In this document: positions 12,592 to 30,267 of the stretch, one piece after another
How positions within the stretch are numbered: the stretch's first letter is position 1
Layout: every line of letters begins with the position of its first letter
Origin: Gonapodya sp. JEL0774
Taxonomy: Eukaryota
Direction: 5' to 3'
Length of the DNA: 64,000 bases
NCBI GenBank assembly: GCA_027604505.1
Contig: JADIIX010000077.1
Location: 1-64,000, forward strand
The notes under the pieces: model-generated
The model's input: only the letters and a program-made list of their open reading frames with translations
Told to the model about the DNA's origin: nothing
Databases searched by the model: none
Position numbers and translations under genes: made by a program

Positions 12592-13419
12592 TTCGATGGG
12601 ATATGTGGGTCCAGTCGATGTGGCGAGAGTTTGAGTCGACGGGGTCTGGGTCTCTGATCCCTACGCTGAGGTGCTCGACATTTGCATAGTCCAAATCAAA
12701 GCTTAAGTATACACACCCACAAGAGGTTCACGCTGTCTGGAGCACTCAAACCTATATTTTGTGGGGAATGGGTTGTAGTTGTTTCCCGAGAGGTGTCTAT
12801 CCCTCAGTATAACGACTGAATAAATATGAAGTCAACAAAGCGGAATTGCTCACCGCACTTATGCGTTGGTGCAATACGAAAGACTAGGAGGAACCCCTTG
12901 AACAACTCTTGATGAAATTTGTATTTGATCCAGTTCGATCATCAATCACCAGAACGCATGCATACAACAGTGCCAGGAGCAATTCGGCACTCCGTAATGC
13001 ATTATGTACAATGGAGCACTGGGCCCAAAGCTCGTGTTTTAACCGTTATGGTTATGGGAGATTGCAGATGACATACCAGAACTCGATTATGCAAATTAAA
13101 GAGTTAAGAACCGAGAGTTCTCCCCCCAACACTCTCATAGAACGGTGCGAGAGAAGTGTTTACTTTCGGACAGAAATATTGAGAAAGGCGCGGTATGGGG
13201 AGGGAGTGAAATATGTGTTTACCGGCTTTTATTGCGGCCCGAAGTTGGCCGCAGTCACAGTCAAAGAGGAAGAAAGGAGAGGTTGCTCGCCACTGCCCCC
13301 TTAAGTTCCCATTCACACTCAGTGATTGTCATTGTTTGTGGGCATCTTTTGATGGTCGGAGACAGTGCAACTCTGTGCTGATGCCCCTCCATCGTCTCGT
13401 TCCCAGATCAAAGTTCGAA

Positions 13420-15575
13420 ATGACCGAATCCAAATCCAACAGCTCTTCAGCGCGCATCAAGGCCCGAGCTGCCGTACTCTTCGCGCCGAAAGAGAAACTT
13501 CAGGTGTGCACTTTGCTGATGGGCGGAAACACTCTTTGGATGGACGATATCGACTTGGAAAACTGGGCGGTTTCTCGGATTATGTGTATCCGACACCGTC
13601 CTTGTCATTAAAGAGCCGAGTGTTGATGAAATCTTATTTGCAATTTGTTGATTCGAATTCAAAGGTCTTAGATGTTGAGATTGACCAACCGAAGGCGCTG
13701 GAGGTGAGTTGTTCTGGGGATTCCACTCCACAAGTCGTGATCAAATGGCGATACTGGATAAATGGTGTGCTTTACTGTATTTTCCACCTTTCTGGCTAGG
13801 TTCACGTCAAGATCCACACTGCGGGTGTCTGTGGATCAGACCTCCACGTGAGTGGCTGCCGATTTGCTTCCGACAAATGACCCATATTCCCGCCACCAAA
13901 ACTCAACAAGGTTGTCGAAGGCGACTGGGGAAATCGCTTCAAGTTCCCCATTGTTCTTGGTCACGAGGGTACGATTCCGGCCTAATTATTGTGAGCCGTC
14001 AGTGTAGACTAATTACAAATTATCTAGGTGCCGGAGTTGTCCAATCCGTTGGGTCGGCCGTCACACGCGTGAAACCCGGTGACCATGTTGTCTTACTTTT
14101 CAAAGAAAACTGTGGGAGATGTGACAATTGTCAGATCGGAAGGCCCACTCTGTGTAAAGTATGTACCCTTCGTGCAACATCAATCAAATTTTGCGTGTGG
14201 TCTGTTGTTTACCGTGTTGTTTACCGTTGCTTTACTTTGAATCAACACTGAAAAAGGGTCACCCTCGCCAACCCGGCACGATGCTCGACGGGTCCAACCG
14301 TGTCTGGATCAACGGCGATCAACCTTGCTACAGTATGACATCAGTAAGTTGCCCTAGAGTCAATGACCCTATCATAGCTCATCTTCAAACCGTGGGCTTC
14401 CTGACACATGACCTTCCTCTCTCTTCGAAAGCTCGGTTGTTGGGCCACCGACGTGGTCGTCCACGAGGAAGTGACGTTACCGATCGACAAGTCCATCCCT
14501 CTCAACCGCGCAGTGCTTGTAGGATGTGGAGTCATGGTATGAATATCTCGAATCGTCCGTCAATTGTTTCGACGTTTATGCGGTCTCAAAAATTATAACT
14601 TGACTTGCACTCGAAGACCGGAGTTGGTGCCGCTATTAACACCGCCAAGGTGGAAGTCGGGTCAACATGTGTGGTCGTTGGATGTGGAGGCGTTGGCTTG
14701 AACAGCGTGCAGGGCGCTATGCTCAATAGTGCAGGAATGATTATTGGGGTTGACAGTGAGTCTTTTGCAGTGAATATGTCCTATTGATTAGTACAAGCTG
14801 AGACTTATTCGATCCATAGTTTTTGACAGCAAGCTTGAGATGGCGAAGCAATTCGGGGCAACGCACACCATCAACGCCAAAACCACAGACGCGGTCGCTG
14901 AGGTTATCAAACTTACTGGTGGTGGTGCACACTTTGCAATAGATGCCATAGGATCTGCCCGAACAGTCGAACAAATCGTGGATATGATCCGACCCGGTGG
15001 GACAGCCGTTGTCGTCGGAATGGCGGTGGGTATATCACGCTTGGACAGCGCAATGTTTCCATCGGTGAATCATTCTGTATCTGCTTAGCCGTTTGGACAA
15101 AAAGCTCAATTGGATGTCTTCACCATCGCAAGAGATGAGAAATGCATTAAAGGCTCTTACTGTAGGCGATTTTCTGGCACCGTGACAAAGGACTTTTTCA
15201 AAATTGTGACACTCACACTCTCGTCCGTCTTCATTAGATGGAAGTGCGCGGCCGGGAGTTGATATGATCCGTTTGTTGGATCTTTACATGCAGAAGAGAC
15301 TCAAACTTGATGAGCTGGTATCTAAAACGTGAGAAAGCCTTATCCTGACCGTTTATGCGTCTCAAGATAACCATCCACTCGCATATCGCGATTTCCATCG
15401 TGATAGTATCAAACTCGATGGTTGTAACGAGGCACTAGCATTGTTGAAGGAAGGTGGTGTTGCAAGGTAAACTGCGTAGCCCCTTGTGTGGAGCTAGGTG
15501 TAAGATTTTGAGGTTTCAAGTTTCACTGATTGCTTCCGATTGCTTTCCCCGTTCAGGACCCTCATTGAGTTCTAG
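13420..15575 (+). CDS. Zn-dependent alcohol dehydrogenase (MDR superfamily, class III-like), about 13 exons
   Basis: Spliced motifs [18 protein letters not shown], structural Zn site [25 protein letters not shown] and Rossmann GCGGVG. Ends TLIEF-TAG. Confidence 0.92.
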
Positions 15576-15906
15576 TTGCGTACTTTGTGTACTTAAGAAG
15601 AAGACTGAAGCCTTGCATTCGCGTGTGTTGCACGGCGCCGAGTAGGGAATGCAAAGGTCAGATATTAATCTTCTCTAACGTCTGAGAGAGTGTAAAGGGT
15701 TTTTTTTAGACCTTATAAAAGCGTCGTTTGAAGAGTCATGAGCTTTAAAGTGCGGTGTCTACACTGTACATAATCGCGTCGTATGCCCATGCAACGCGTG
15801 CGCTAGTAACTTCAAATCTGCTGAGATAAGGAGATAACTGATTTATTGGATAAACTCTGATATTACTCGAGATTCTCGCAGTATTGCGGCAGAGCAACGT
15901 GCTGCT

Positions 15907-17880
15907 TCACAGGTGCACCGACCTCATGCCACCTTTGGAGTACCGTTCACCCTTGACTGAAAATTTGTTGAGAACGGTATCAATGGCCAACCGGTCTTCA
16001 CGGGTGAGAATAAGCTTTGCAGCTTCGAGGTTCTCTTGGAGACGTGGAACTTTTGTTGTCCCCTGTAAATTCAATTCGTTACGTTCTGGAGAGGACCTCG
16101 AAGATTCATCAATGCGATTCAAGTAAGACGTACCGGAATTGGGAACATGTCTAAAGATTAAGGCGTTTGCAGGTGAGAGTGGGGACTCTGATGTCTCAAC
16201 CGAGAGAACCGTTGCTTCCGTAGTTCCAACTCACCATCTCCTTTGCTTAAAACCCAAGCCAACGCAAGTTGACTCGCAGTACATCCTTTTTTTTTGGCGA
16301 TCGCTGACACAGCGTCCACGAGCTCAAGGTTGTGCTTGAAGTTCTGCCCCATGAAGCGTGGGACAGTACGGCGAAAGTCATCTTTTCCATAGTTCGTGAT
16401 TAGAATGCTTCCGAGTCCCGCAAACCGTGTGCTTATCACCTTTTGCGAAATCGTCTGGTGACCGTATTTCCCCTGATAAGAAACCTCGGCCAAGAGGTGA
16501 GTACCTGCATGATCAAGGACGATGAACAATATTGTGGGAAGACCTCGCGCAAAATGCTTACTAACGGAACAAAAGCGATACCAAGTTCCCTGCATGTTTG
16601 AATAAGGCCATTGGTTTCGGGGGCCAGCTCCCACAAGCTGTACTCGGTCTGTAAAGCTGTGATAGGGTGCACCTTGTGCGCGCTGTTTTCGTAGACGATT
16701 TATCAAGATGTTTTGTTCATTGGCACACAAAGGTTCCAAATCTCACCGCCGTATGGTATCAGGGCTCGCTTCTGACAGTCCTAGGAAACGCACTTTTCCC
16801 TCTTTCACGAGTTCGGCCATTGCTGTGACGGTTGCCTCAATGGGAGTCTTAGGATCCACGCGATGTTGATAGTAGCTGACATCAAAGGTGGAGAAGCGAC
16901 CGTCAGTCCACAGGGTAGTATCGGGCGTTGTGCAAGCATGTACCGAACATTTACAGGTCGATGTAGTCCGTCCCCAGACGAGCGAGGCTCGCAGCACACT
17001 AGAATCATAATTTAAAGATCAATGGGGGAGTATTTATAAGAAATCCTAGTTGGCAATACGCACCGCTTCTTTCACGTAGGAGGGGTCTCCACGAATTCCA
17101 CCGCCTTTCTTTGGATCCACGACTGCAAACTTTGTCTAAATGTGTTTATGTGTGTCAGATGCTTCGCAAACTTCGTACTTTTTAGTATGAGGGCACTTGT
17201 GACGCACCGCAAGGAAGAACTGTAATGTGTAAATAGATGTGAAGTTGAAGACTGATCAGCAGAAACACATGAGGCAAACAAACCAACTTTACCTTTTCTC
17301 GACCGTACTTCTGAATGCATTTTGCCAGAAGCTGCTCGTTATGGCCCCATCCATACAGGTCAGCTGGTACCGGTATGGAACGACAATGACAAGTCAACCA
17401 CCAGTACAAGGATGACCTGCAATAAAAAATTGAATGCACACGTACATGCTGAGAGAGGTAGCGACAAACCCCATAGTGGTGGCGATAGATGAAAGGATGA
17501 ACATTGCTCCAAGATATGGAATTCGTCGATTCCATTTCAGGAGGGAACTCACTATCAAAGAAGTTACATCCCATCTCAAGAGCTTTCCCAACCACCTCAA
17601 TGGCCTGCTGCTCCGACACTGCAGGACCTGATCGACAACCAAAACGCACGGGGGTTACGAACGTCAAAGAAGCTGACCATACCCCGACCATCACTCACCA
17701 TACTAATCGATGTTTAACAGGACACGATAAGAAAATTATCGAAGTCATCTATCGGCACAAGCAGCTCATTCCAATGCAGAGTTGGAGGCTCACAGCAAAT
17801 GACATGCCCATGCAACCAAGACCAATCACCCCGACTTCTACGCCGGATTTGCCAAATGGTCGTTTGGGAATCTGCAACAT
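15907..17880 (-). CDS. Aldo-keto reductase (AKR13/YakC-like), copy 1
   Basis: [20 protein letters not shown] (via microexons), [50 protein letters not shown]. Confidence 0.92.
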
Positions 17881-18231
17881 GTTGCGAGTGATCGTCTTCC
17901 TAGAAAGTAAGGACGGATTACAATTTCGGATTTGAGCACTTCTCAGTCGGAAACGGCGGTTGCCGGTTGTCGGTGGCACCACAACCGATATCCCAATCCT
18001 CATCATAAATGACACAAGTACCAGAAGAGGACGATATCTGTCGGTAGTAATCCATTGGCGGCTTTGATACGGTCGTGCTGTCCCTATAAAACTTTGTTGT
18101 TCCTGGTGATCATCCACATGGTAGAATCCATGTCGTCGAACGAGGTCCCTCTTTTGGTATTGTCGTGTCGCCGCGCTTCTCCACATGATTTTCTTTAAGT
18201 CTCGTACACCAGTTATACATGAAGAGTGGAA

Positions 18232-20194
<1,963 letters not shown>

Positions 20195-20637
20195 CGTTAT
20201 ATGAATGTGGATGAAAGAATGTGACGAGGTTCTCCTGGGTCAGAATACAGGCATCGCGCAAAAACCTTTTTTCTCCGCTCAACCTGAGTTATCACCGGCA
20301 TGTTCGTTTCCATTCCCTATTTCTTCGAATTTCCCAGATCCACTTGGGGGCTTCCAACATCGACACGACATGTACACTGAAAGTTGATCTCACTAGTCGT
20401 CGTCCGTGCAGCTCCTGTTATGTAATTCATTGCCGTCCGTGTACACTTTATGCGGCAGTGGCTCCCCACACATCATATGAACTTTCTGCGGCAATGGCTC
20501 CACATGCACCATAGCAAACCGACATGGTAGTATTCATGTAGTCGAAAAGGGTCCCTCCTTTGGTATTGTCGTGTCGCCGCGCTTCTCCACATGATTTTCT
20601 TTAAGTCTCGTACACCATTTATACATGAAGAGTGGAA

Positions 20638-22619
<1,982 letters not shown>

Positions 22620-23777
22620 CGTAATATGAATCTGAATGAATGTGAATGTGAAGTAGTGCGGGCGACAATATATGACTAAATACAGGGATTTTGCGCAAAA
22701 ATTTATTTATGCGTACCTTTTGGAGAGATCCATTTTCCTGCAATAGATCTTTCGCCCGAAAATCCATTTTCTCGGCTCAACCTAATCCTTTGATCCGCAT
22801 GATCGTCTCCATTCGTTATTTCTTCGAATCTCCCAGTTGCAATTTCCGGCTTCCAACATCGACACGACATGCACACCGGAAGTACAACTTCGACCTTTGC
22901 TCAACATCATTTGGAGTGATGTTAATAGAACCTTCTGAGATATACGTATAGCCACAGTCGACCGCATGCAGTCAGGTGGTGGAATGGCCAAAACCTGCTA
23001 CAGTCTCGGCATCTTTCCACGCGGCACATCATCTCACAAATCGTCGTCCGTGCAGCTCTTGGTATTACTTTATTGGCGTCCGTGTACAATTTATGCGGCA
23101 GAGGTTCCAGATGCTCCCAACATCATAACAAACCGGTTTCAGCGGCCATGCTCCCTGCAGACCCTGTTTGGTCACCGAGAAGAGATCATTCTTGTGTGCT
23201 CGTGGATTAATTTCGGGACAGAACAGTATGAACGTTCTGGCGTCCGTGTCGACTGCATATTTTGCAAGAATGTGCGCCTGGCGATTGATGTTCAGTCCGT
23301 CGATGTGGTGCTCCGGTTATATTACCGCCACCCATATATATTACATTACGATGTGGCAGTCCCGATCTGTACAAATCGAATCGCACTGTATACGCTTCCC
23401 TCCCCGGTCACCTTCTGCGAGCACGCGATGGGTGGGAGCTTGATGTACATGTGCGTACATGCCGGGAATTCCAATTCTGAAATACGTTTCCAAATCTGTA
23501 AAACCCCTGTGCAAATGGTCTGAGATATGTTGCTGAATATTATTCACTCTTTTTACGCATTTGGAATCACCCAGATTATTGCGGAGCTGAACAATCTGTT
23601 TTTTGCAGAATATGGGAGGCAGTTTGTTGAGACCTCAACCCCCCCGTTACTGTTCTCCCCTGCCTGTGACGTTGCCACAGGCCAAATCCTCAACCCCTTT
23701 GTGAACCAATTCGGGCGATTTCGACTTGACGTTAAAACCTGAACTGAGAGGAGAGGTTGTTGCGCAGGCAGACAGAA

Positions 23778-26301
23778 ATGGATGCGCAGCGTCTGATTGA
23801 GGCGGTGGATGGTGGTGACGTCTCCAAAGTCGTTGAGTTGATTGCCACGGGTGTCAACCCAAATGCAAGGAAAAAGATCACACTCTCGTGCAGCGTGAAA
23901 AGTGGGACACGTCCTACGGGGAAGCGGAGGGTGCGGAAGAATGTGCTTCGCATGGACGATTGGGAGGAAACGTTTGAGGATGTTTTCATCGGGGAAACGG
24001 ACACAGTCGAAGGAGAAAGCGCCCTCGCGCTTGGGATCATTTCGCGCCGAACGGACATTGTTCGCGTGCTGCTGGAAGGAGGGGCGGACCCCAACAACCA
24101 GATTTCTTGGCGCAATGCGGACAGTAGTCCAGTCTGGAATCGCGCGCGCTGGGATAAAAGATGGGCGCGCACGTACAAGGCGAAGAACGCACTTTTGCTG
24201 GCGCTAGGGCGTGGAGTTACCGTGACGGACTTCGATGGGAAGGTGTCGACGTTTTCGTATTTATTGGAGTCTGGAAAACTTCGAGTGAACAAACCTGGGG
24301 GTCACGTCGTTTTAAAGACCCCAAGCTCGTGGAAAGACGCATATGATGAGGCAACCATGGTGCCGACGGGCGAAATTCTCTCGCTTCTGGTACAGCACGG
24401 TGCTATTGTCACAGCCGACGCAATCGCCGTGGCGAAAGCAGTGGACCCAGTCTTCGCGGAGCTCCTCACGCCGTCCCTTCGCCAGTCACACGCCTATGCT
24501 ACCGACTCACAGTCGTCCAGTACCCCTTTTCGTGTTGACTCGCAGCTTGTACGCTCCAAGAGTTCTGGATCCCGACCTCGTCCACGCTCGATGTCCACTG
24601 TCGGTTCGAGTGAGCACGAGCTATCCTTGGACTCCTTCATCTTCGACCCTGCTCCTCGTGTTGCACTAGCTAGCGGGATATCTTCACCTGGCCCTCTCAA
24701 CAGTGCGACTGACAAAGTCGGCACATGGCCTCGAGTGTTGGATCCGCCGTTCGGAGTCCCTTCAGGCTCACCGCCGTCGCAGTCTCCATCGAATGCGAAC
24801 TCCATACTTACAACTCCGACTCGGGGGCCTTCCTCTTCTCGCCCTAATCCCACTATACCTCGTGATCTGAAGGCCGCAAAACCAATTGTCTCCACTAGTG
24901 GCCAGCATCCCAACCTACCAGTTCGTTCCGCGGTTACAAACGCAAATCCTCCTACGTTGAAGCCACGTGACTTCACACCCGAAGGCATTCTTCCTCCGCG
25001 CTCGAACACGGGACCAGCCCAAAGCCGTCTCAGGGACCCATCACCCGGGATCCGCGAACGCGAGCGCGACCGATCTGCTGTTCCTGGCCCACACAACCGT
25101 TTAACAGCTTCGGCACCGGGAGAGCCTTCTCCGATCCTAAGAAGCAATGCTGAGAATGGCATGCAACCCCAAACACTCCCGAATCGCGGTACCTCGCACA
25201 CCGAGTTCTACGCCACTCTCGCCCTAGAACTTAATAATTTACGTGCAGAGAACAGCGTTTTGAGGTCCGCTAATCTGTCACTTACCGAGCGTGTTGCTGA
25301 GCTGGAGCGGACAAATGCTGCTACTGTTCGCGAAGCTGCACATATCCGAGCAAAACTGGATGCGTCTGAACAAGAGCTATCAAACATACGTGCCGGCTTG
25401 ATGGCAGCTTTTCCCAATCTTGGAGGGAGCGAGCGACCTCTTCCAGCACTTCCCCTGTCATCACCCCAAAAGGTTAACCGACTTGCGCAAGTGACCGCTG
25501 AGTATTTCCCGCGAGATACGGATGAAATGGAGCTCAGAATTGGACAAGAAGTTTTTTGCCACAAGGAGTACGAAGACGGGTGGGGTTCGGTGGGTCTTAA
25601 CTATCCTGATGATGCAAGTTTGTGAGAGGGTTGAAACAAGGTTGAAACATCTCTTTTGTGCATTGCTCCGACAGGGTCTCAATACGCACACCGAGGCCGT
25701 TGGCTTTTTTCCATTAGTTTGTGTCTCGTTCCATCCTCCAGAGATGCAACCGAAGCCCTCTCTGTCGCCTCCACGTGGACCCTCCGCCAACCAAAATCAG
25801 CAAGCGCGCAGCAGCTCACCCACGGCCATAAGCCCTCGTACTTCATCTTACACCCGGCCGTTGATGCCTGCCCGGCTGTATCTCAATGTGAACTCAACTG
25901 CACCTCAAATCACATCCGCCAATCCTAATGGCGGGCGCACCACGGACCTTCTCGCTTCTATCTTGGCGAACTTTAGGCGCCACCACGAGAGCGGTAGCTT
26001 GCCTGGGACGTCGGACGCTTTTGGAATCCTGCAGTCGTTAGCCCGCAGTGCAACATCACAGCTCACCGTCGTCAGCTCCGATACCCCTCCAAGCCCAACG
26101 AGCCTTAACGATGTGAGAATTACGTTCACGGCACGAGATCAGCATGTTCGGAATCACAGCGGACGGATGGAAGAACAATTAGCCTCAAACACTGCCGAGC
26201 CACGCGCTACCATATTGGTGGAAGCGGAAGGGGCCGAATTGGGTTTCATGGATCGCATTCTAGAGACTCATCATGAAGCGGGAAGTGCCAATTCGGCGTG
26301 A
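23778..26301 (+). CDS. Ankyrin-repeat / disordered linker / coiled-coil / SH3 protein, paralog A
   Basis: ANK motifs LIEAVDGGDVSKVVELIATGVNPN and GESALALGIISRRTDIVRVLLEGGADPN, a heptad region, and SH3 AEYFPRDTDEMELRIGQEV...DGWGS|GLN...GFFPLVCV across intron 25590-25674. Confidence 0.88.
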
Positions 26302-27049
26302 GACCAATGTTGCAAGGACAAGAACCTGGAACCGAGTTTGAACTAATTGTATCTGTTTTCGCATCGACATGCGATTCGAGGAGCAAACTTAATCTAAATT
26401 TCTCCTCATTTATGGATGAGCTATGATGAGTTGGAAAGGCAAGGTTTACTCAGCCTTGAGATCTGAAAGTAATGGGGTTGAGTTGTTAGTTTTGAAGCGA
26501 TTCGCTTTTGTGACGGCGCGTAATTCTGAGGATCTCTTCGAAGTTGTTATCCGTAGATACCTAGTTGATAAGAGTGTAGCTCTGATATCAGAGGACATAT
26601 ACAAAACTGTTGTGTGGTAAACGATCAACATGTTCTCCATCTCCCCGGCACCACTGATTGAGACGAGCCTCCTCCCAAGTCACCGTAATTATCTCTTTCG
26701 TACCATTTGTGTAACGGCCTGCGAAACGACCGTTGCCTCCCCTGATGTGCATTCCCGGCAACTTGTTGCAGAATGATCACAATTTGTAACTGATGCTGAT
26801 CATGAACTGGGGATCTCTTGGGTGCCACAAAAGCATTGCTAAGAGTCATTCGTATTGACACAAAGACTGACTGTTTTGATTAGAAATGAGACTACACTTG
26901 AATTTTACATGAACGCTGCAGCTCCGCGCAACGCAGTTGTGACGTGATATAAAACAGTTTCCGCCACGCTCGCCGAAGAAATTAAAAAAGCCTCTCAATG
27001 TGGTCGAGTTCCTGGAACTCTCCCTTCCAACTCTCCCAAGGAGCAAATC

Positions 27050-28262
27050 TTACGCCTGGTCACCCCCCGCGCCCTTCTCCTCGGGTCCCAAAAGATCCAA
27101 CCGCTCATAGAAATCGTAGAACATCTGGCCGTAGTCTTGATTGACGATGACACCGGTCCAGAAGATCGCCGACAGGGCCGCCGTCACGACAGGTGTGATG
27201 AGGTTGACAGTGTCAATGGCAAAGTCATTGCCTGACTTGGAAGCTGCAACAAACATGGCAATCTCGATGAGAATGAGACCGATGGTGATGAGCAAAATCC
27301 GTTTAGTGCGGGTGCGGAAGACGAAATAGAGCACCAGGTAAACAAGGTCGATGAGAAGGGTGAGTGACAGCGTGAGGTAGTCGGAATTGAAGCCGTATGG
27401 GTTAGACGCTGCGTCCGAGGCTGAATCGTTGCCATTTGCGGCCTCGGCGTCGTCGCCGTCGGTGTCCCCAGTCTCGGCGGGTCCGGATGCCATAGCCGCC
27501 ATGGCCTTCGCGTCGGAGAACCGAATACCGAGAATGTTGGCGTTAAAACCGAGAGCCCCAAAGAATAGAGCAAACACAACAAGCAGTAACGCAGTCAAAA
27601 GCTTGTTCTGCCATATTGCTTGGCGCTTTTGAAGAAGGATAACGCAGAACGTCACACCGTTGAGCCCTACGAGAATGAGCTTGAAGACTTCGGTCAAGTT
27701 GTCGCTGTCAATGCGGTACTTGGAAATGACGCCAATGACGAAGAACAGGAGCACCAAGAGCATGGTGATGAAAATGATCGTGTTGGACAAGCGGTGCTGG
27801 TTCCAGAACTTGGAGATCCGCATCTGGTCGTAGACTTTGACCTGAACGCGGTGGTGCTCGGATTTAAGGGCGGCGCTGGAATCTAGTTGTGATGGAGAGG
27901 AGCACCGAATTGTCCAAATTGGTTGAGGGGCTTACCGAGAGGGATCGCCATAACTTGAGAACAATCTCGTCTGACGTACCTTCGGTCATCTCGATATTGT
28001 TTACCGCATAGGCGACCAGTGAGATGGGAGATGTGGGGATAACCGACGAAACGCCCTTGCCGCTCCACTCTGCAACCAACTGCTGGACGATCTGGCCGTC
28101 GGTAATCTGGCCACCGTTGTGAGAGAATTTCTCGGGCATGAGAGAAGGCACTAACACATCAAAAGTCGCCGGTGCGAACGAAGACGTCTCGGTTGGTCTT
28201 TGGGTTTCGAGGAGATCGACAGGGACTGCGTCTGCACCACCAGAAAACGAAAACAGGGACAT
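27050..28262 (-). CDS. Uncharacterised multi-pass membrane protein (about 6 TM)
   Basis: Intron 27883-27979 (GTACGT..TAG) joins ORF 27864-28394 to ORF 27050-27823 in frame. Six hydrophobic segments surround an acidic central loop. Confidence 0.7.
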
Positions 28263-30267
28263 GTCATGAATTGAGATCGCTAGGCGGCTGGAAAATCGCA
28301 AACCAAGCGGCAGAAAAGCGCGACCCTGGCCGATTCTCACCGAAGATGTGTTCCTCAGTTTGTTTGACGACGTCGTCGAGGCAAGCCTCCCCAAGATCCC
28401 CTGAGCGGAAATCTACGCATGGAGCACAATTTAGTCAACCACAATTCAAACAGTATATGAGAAGCTGAAGAGCCAGAGAAAAAAAGCAATCTCGAACAGG
28501 TTCCGTGAACCGGAAGTTTGGCGCCGACGGCCCGCGTAGGGAGTCGACCGGCCAGTACCGCGAGCTCCTTCGGGTTCCATCTGTCGCCTGAATCTGGGTA
28601 CTCACATGCCATTTCGTTGCTGGATTCCATGATCTTTTGACAGCTTATGAGTGATGTTTGGGGTGGGTTAGGTTTTCAGCACCGTTTCAGGGTGTGTGGG
28701 CTTGTAAAATGTTGAGCCCTTTGATCTCTGCACCTCTTTGCTTTGCCGTACGATGTGATTCGTGGGCTTCCCGCACCACATCAATGTCCCCGAATTTTTG
28801 CATCCAAATCGCCCGACTGCTGTTATGATCATCGCCCCTAAATGCATGTCATTCGTGGGGACTGCATAGCTGTGCCAGTCCCTCCGACTTGGGTCAAGAC
28901 GATAAAAAATTAAAAACAATCATCGGGCATTACCTATCTCTCCTCTGAAAATATCTACCTCGTCTGACTCTGGATCGTAATACAATGGCTGCTCTGGGAA
29001 TTTCGAAGACCAAGTGATCGACGGACAGATTTCCACAGAAAGGGCCCAGATCACCTCGCAGATTCGCAATCTTTGAACTTTCCTCCTACATATACTTATC
29101 AAACGGCTGCCTTAGTTCTTGCGAAAAAAAAAAGTTTGTATCCTGCTCCCCTCCATACAAATTGTTGATGCCCAAATCTTTCGATCGGCCTGGACAAACC
29201 GGAATTCGATGTTGGTTCGTAGAGTCGCAAATGATTACAAATTCGCTTTCCAAAAAGTTTCTATGTGAGAGCGTCGATATTGCACGCAATAGTTTCGCCG
29301 GAGAGTTATGAAATACAAAAACCCCATCTTTTACCCTTCGGTGGCACCGACTTTCAGGCCGCTGCAGTAGGTGAGGTAATAGTGGCTGCTATTGTAACCA
29401 ACTCTTCAAGCCTCCCGTTGTCATATATTCCTTTAATTTCAGCGCAAGTGGACCTTTTCGTTGGGTTCCTCAGTTTGAAGCAAACTTGGGCAACTTTGAA
29501 TATTAGAAGCACTTTGCGGCTGAGCGAGACACGTTAGCAAATGTAATAGACTCTCTTTGTGGCCTGCAAGCTGGACCGGTCTTGTTTCGCCGGAAATAGA
29601 AAGGAAAATGTGAAAGCAAAGGCGTTCTGTTGGTGATTCAGATCGTCCGTGACCTCGGTATTTGCATTAAAGACGCCGGAAGCTCTTTTGTAATTGGTGC
29701 AATTTATTTTATTGCAAGTTGGTTGAACTTATGGTCGTGATGCTTTCTTACCGGCAATACGTCCGTGCTGTCAATATGATGCATCGACTAGGCCTGACTT
29801 GGACCAACGCACTTTCTGAATTATATAGCAGGAATGAAGGCGAGAACGTGAGCAGACGGTTCTGAGTGAGGTGACAAAACTTCTTGAATTGATCTAGATG
29901 ATGCAGGCCGATTGAAAATGAGTACTATACTCGTGTCACCGTGGGGTTGAAATAATAAGTAACCAACCTGCTCTGACATGGCGGCTTCGGTAGCGCCAAC
30001 TTCCGAGCTATAGATATGATTCTTGGTACTTATACCTTTGCTTGGTGTATTCATGAGAATTAGTTTTCTAAAGTATCGTTGCCGCAAGGATCTTGTGCAG
30101 GTCGTCAGCATTGGCAGCGATCACTGGACGTCGAGCCCCTTCCAAACTCGTTTCTTGGCGCCCACATTTCTTATCATTCCGGAGTCTGAGACAACTTGGA
30201 GCCTGAACAAAGGCGGCCGGTCTTTTCGTATCAAGCCCTGCTTCGCTTCATCCCCTTGTCTGGGGAG

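Noticed and set aside
17944..17965. GTCG-GAAA-CGGC hairpin resembling SRP RNA helix 8
   Set aside because: It lacks the CAGG/AGCAG internal loop and the rest of the SRP structure.
28400..30200. ORFs of 60-100 aa in the intergenic region
   Set aside because: No domain signal; consistent with chance ORFs.
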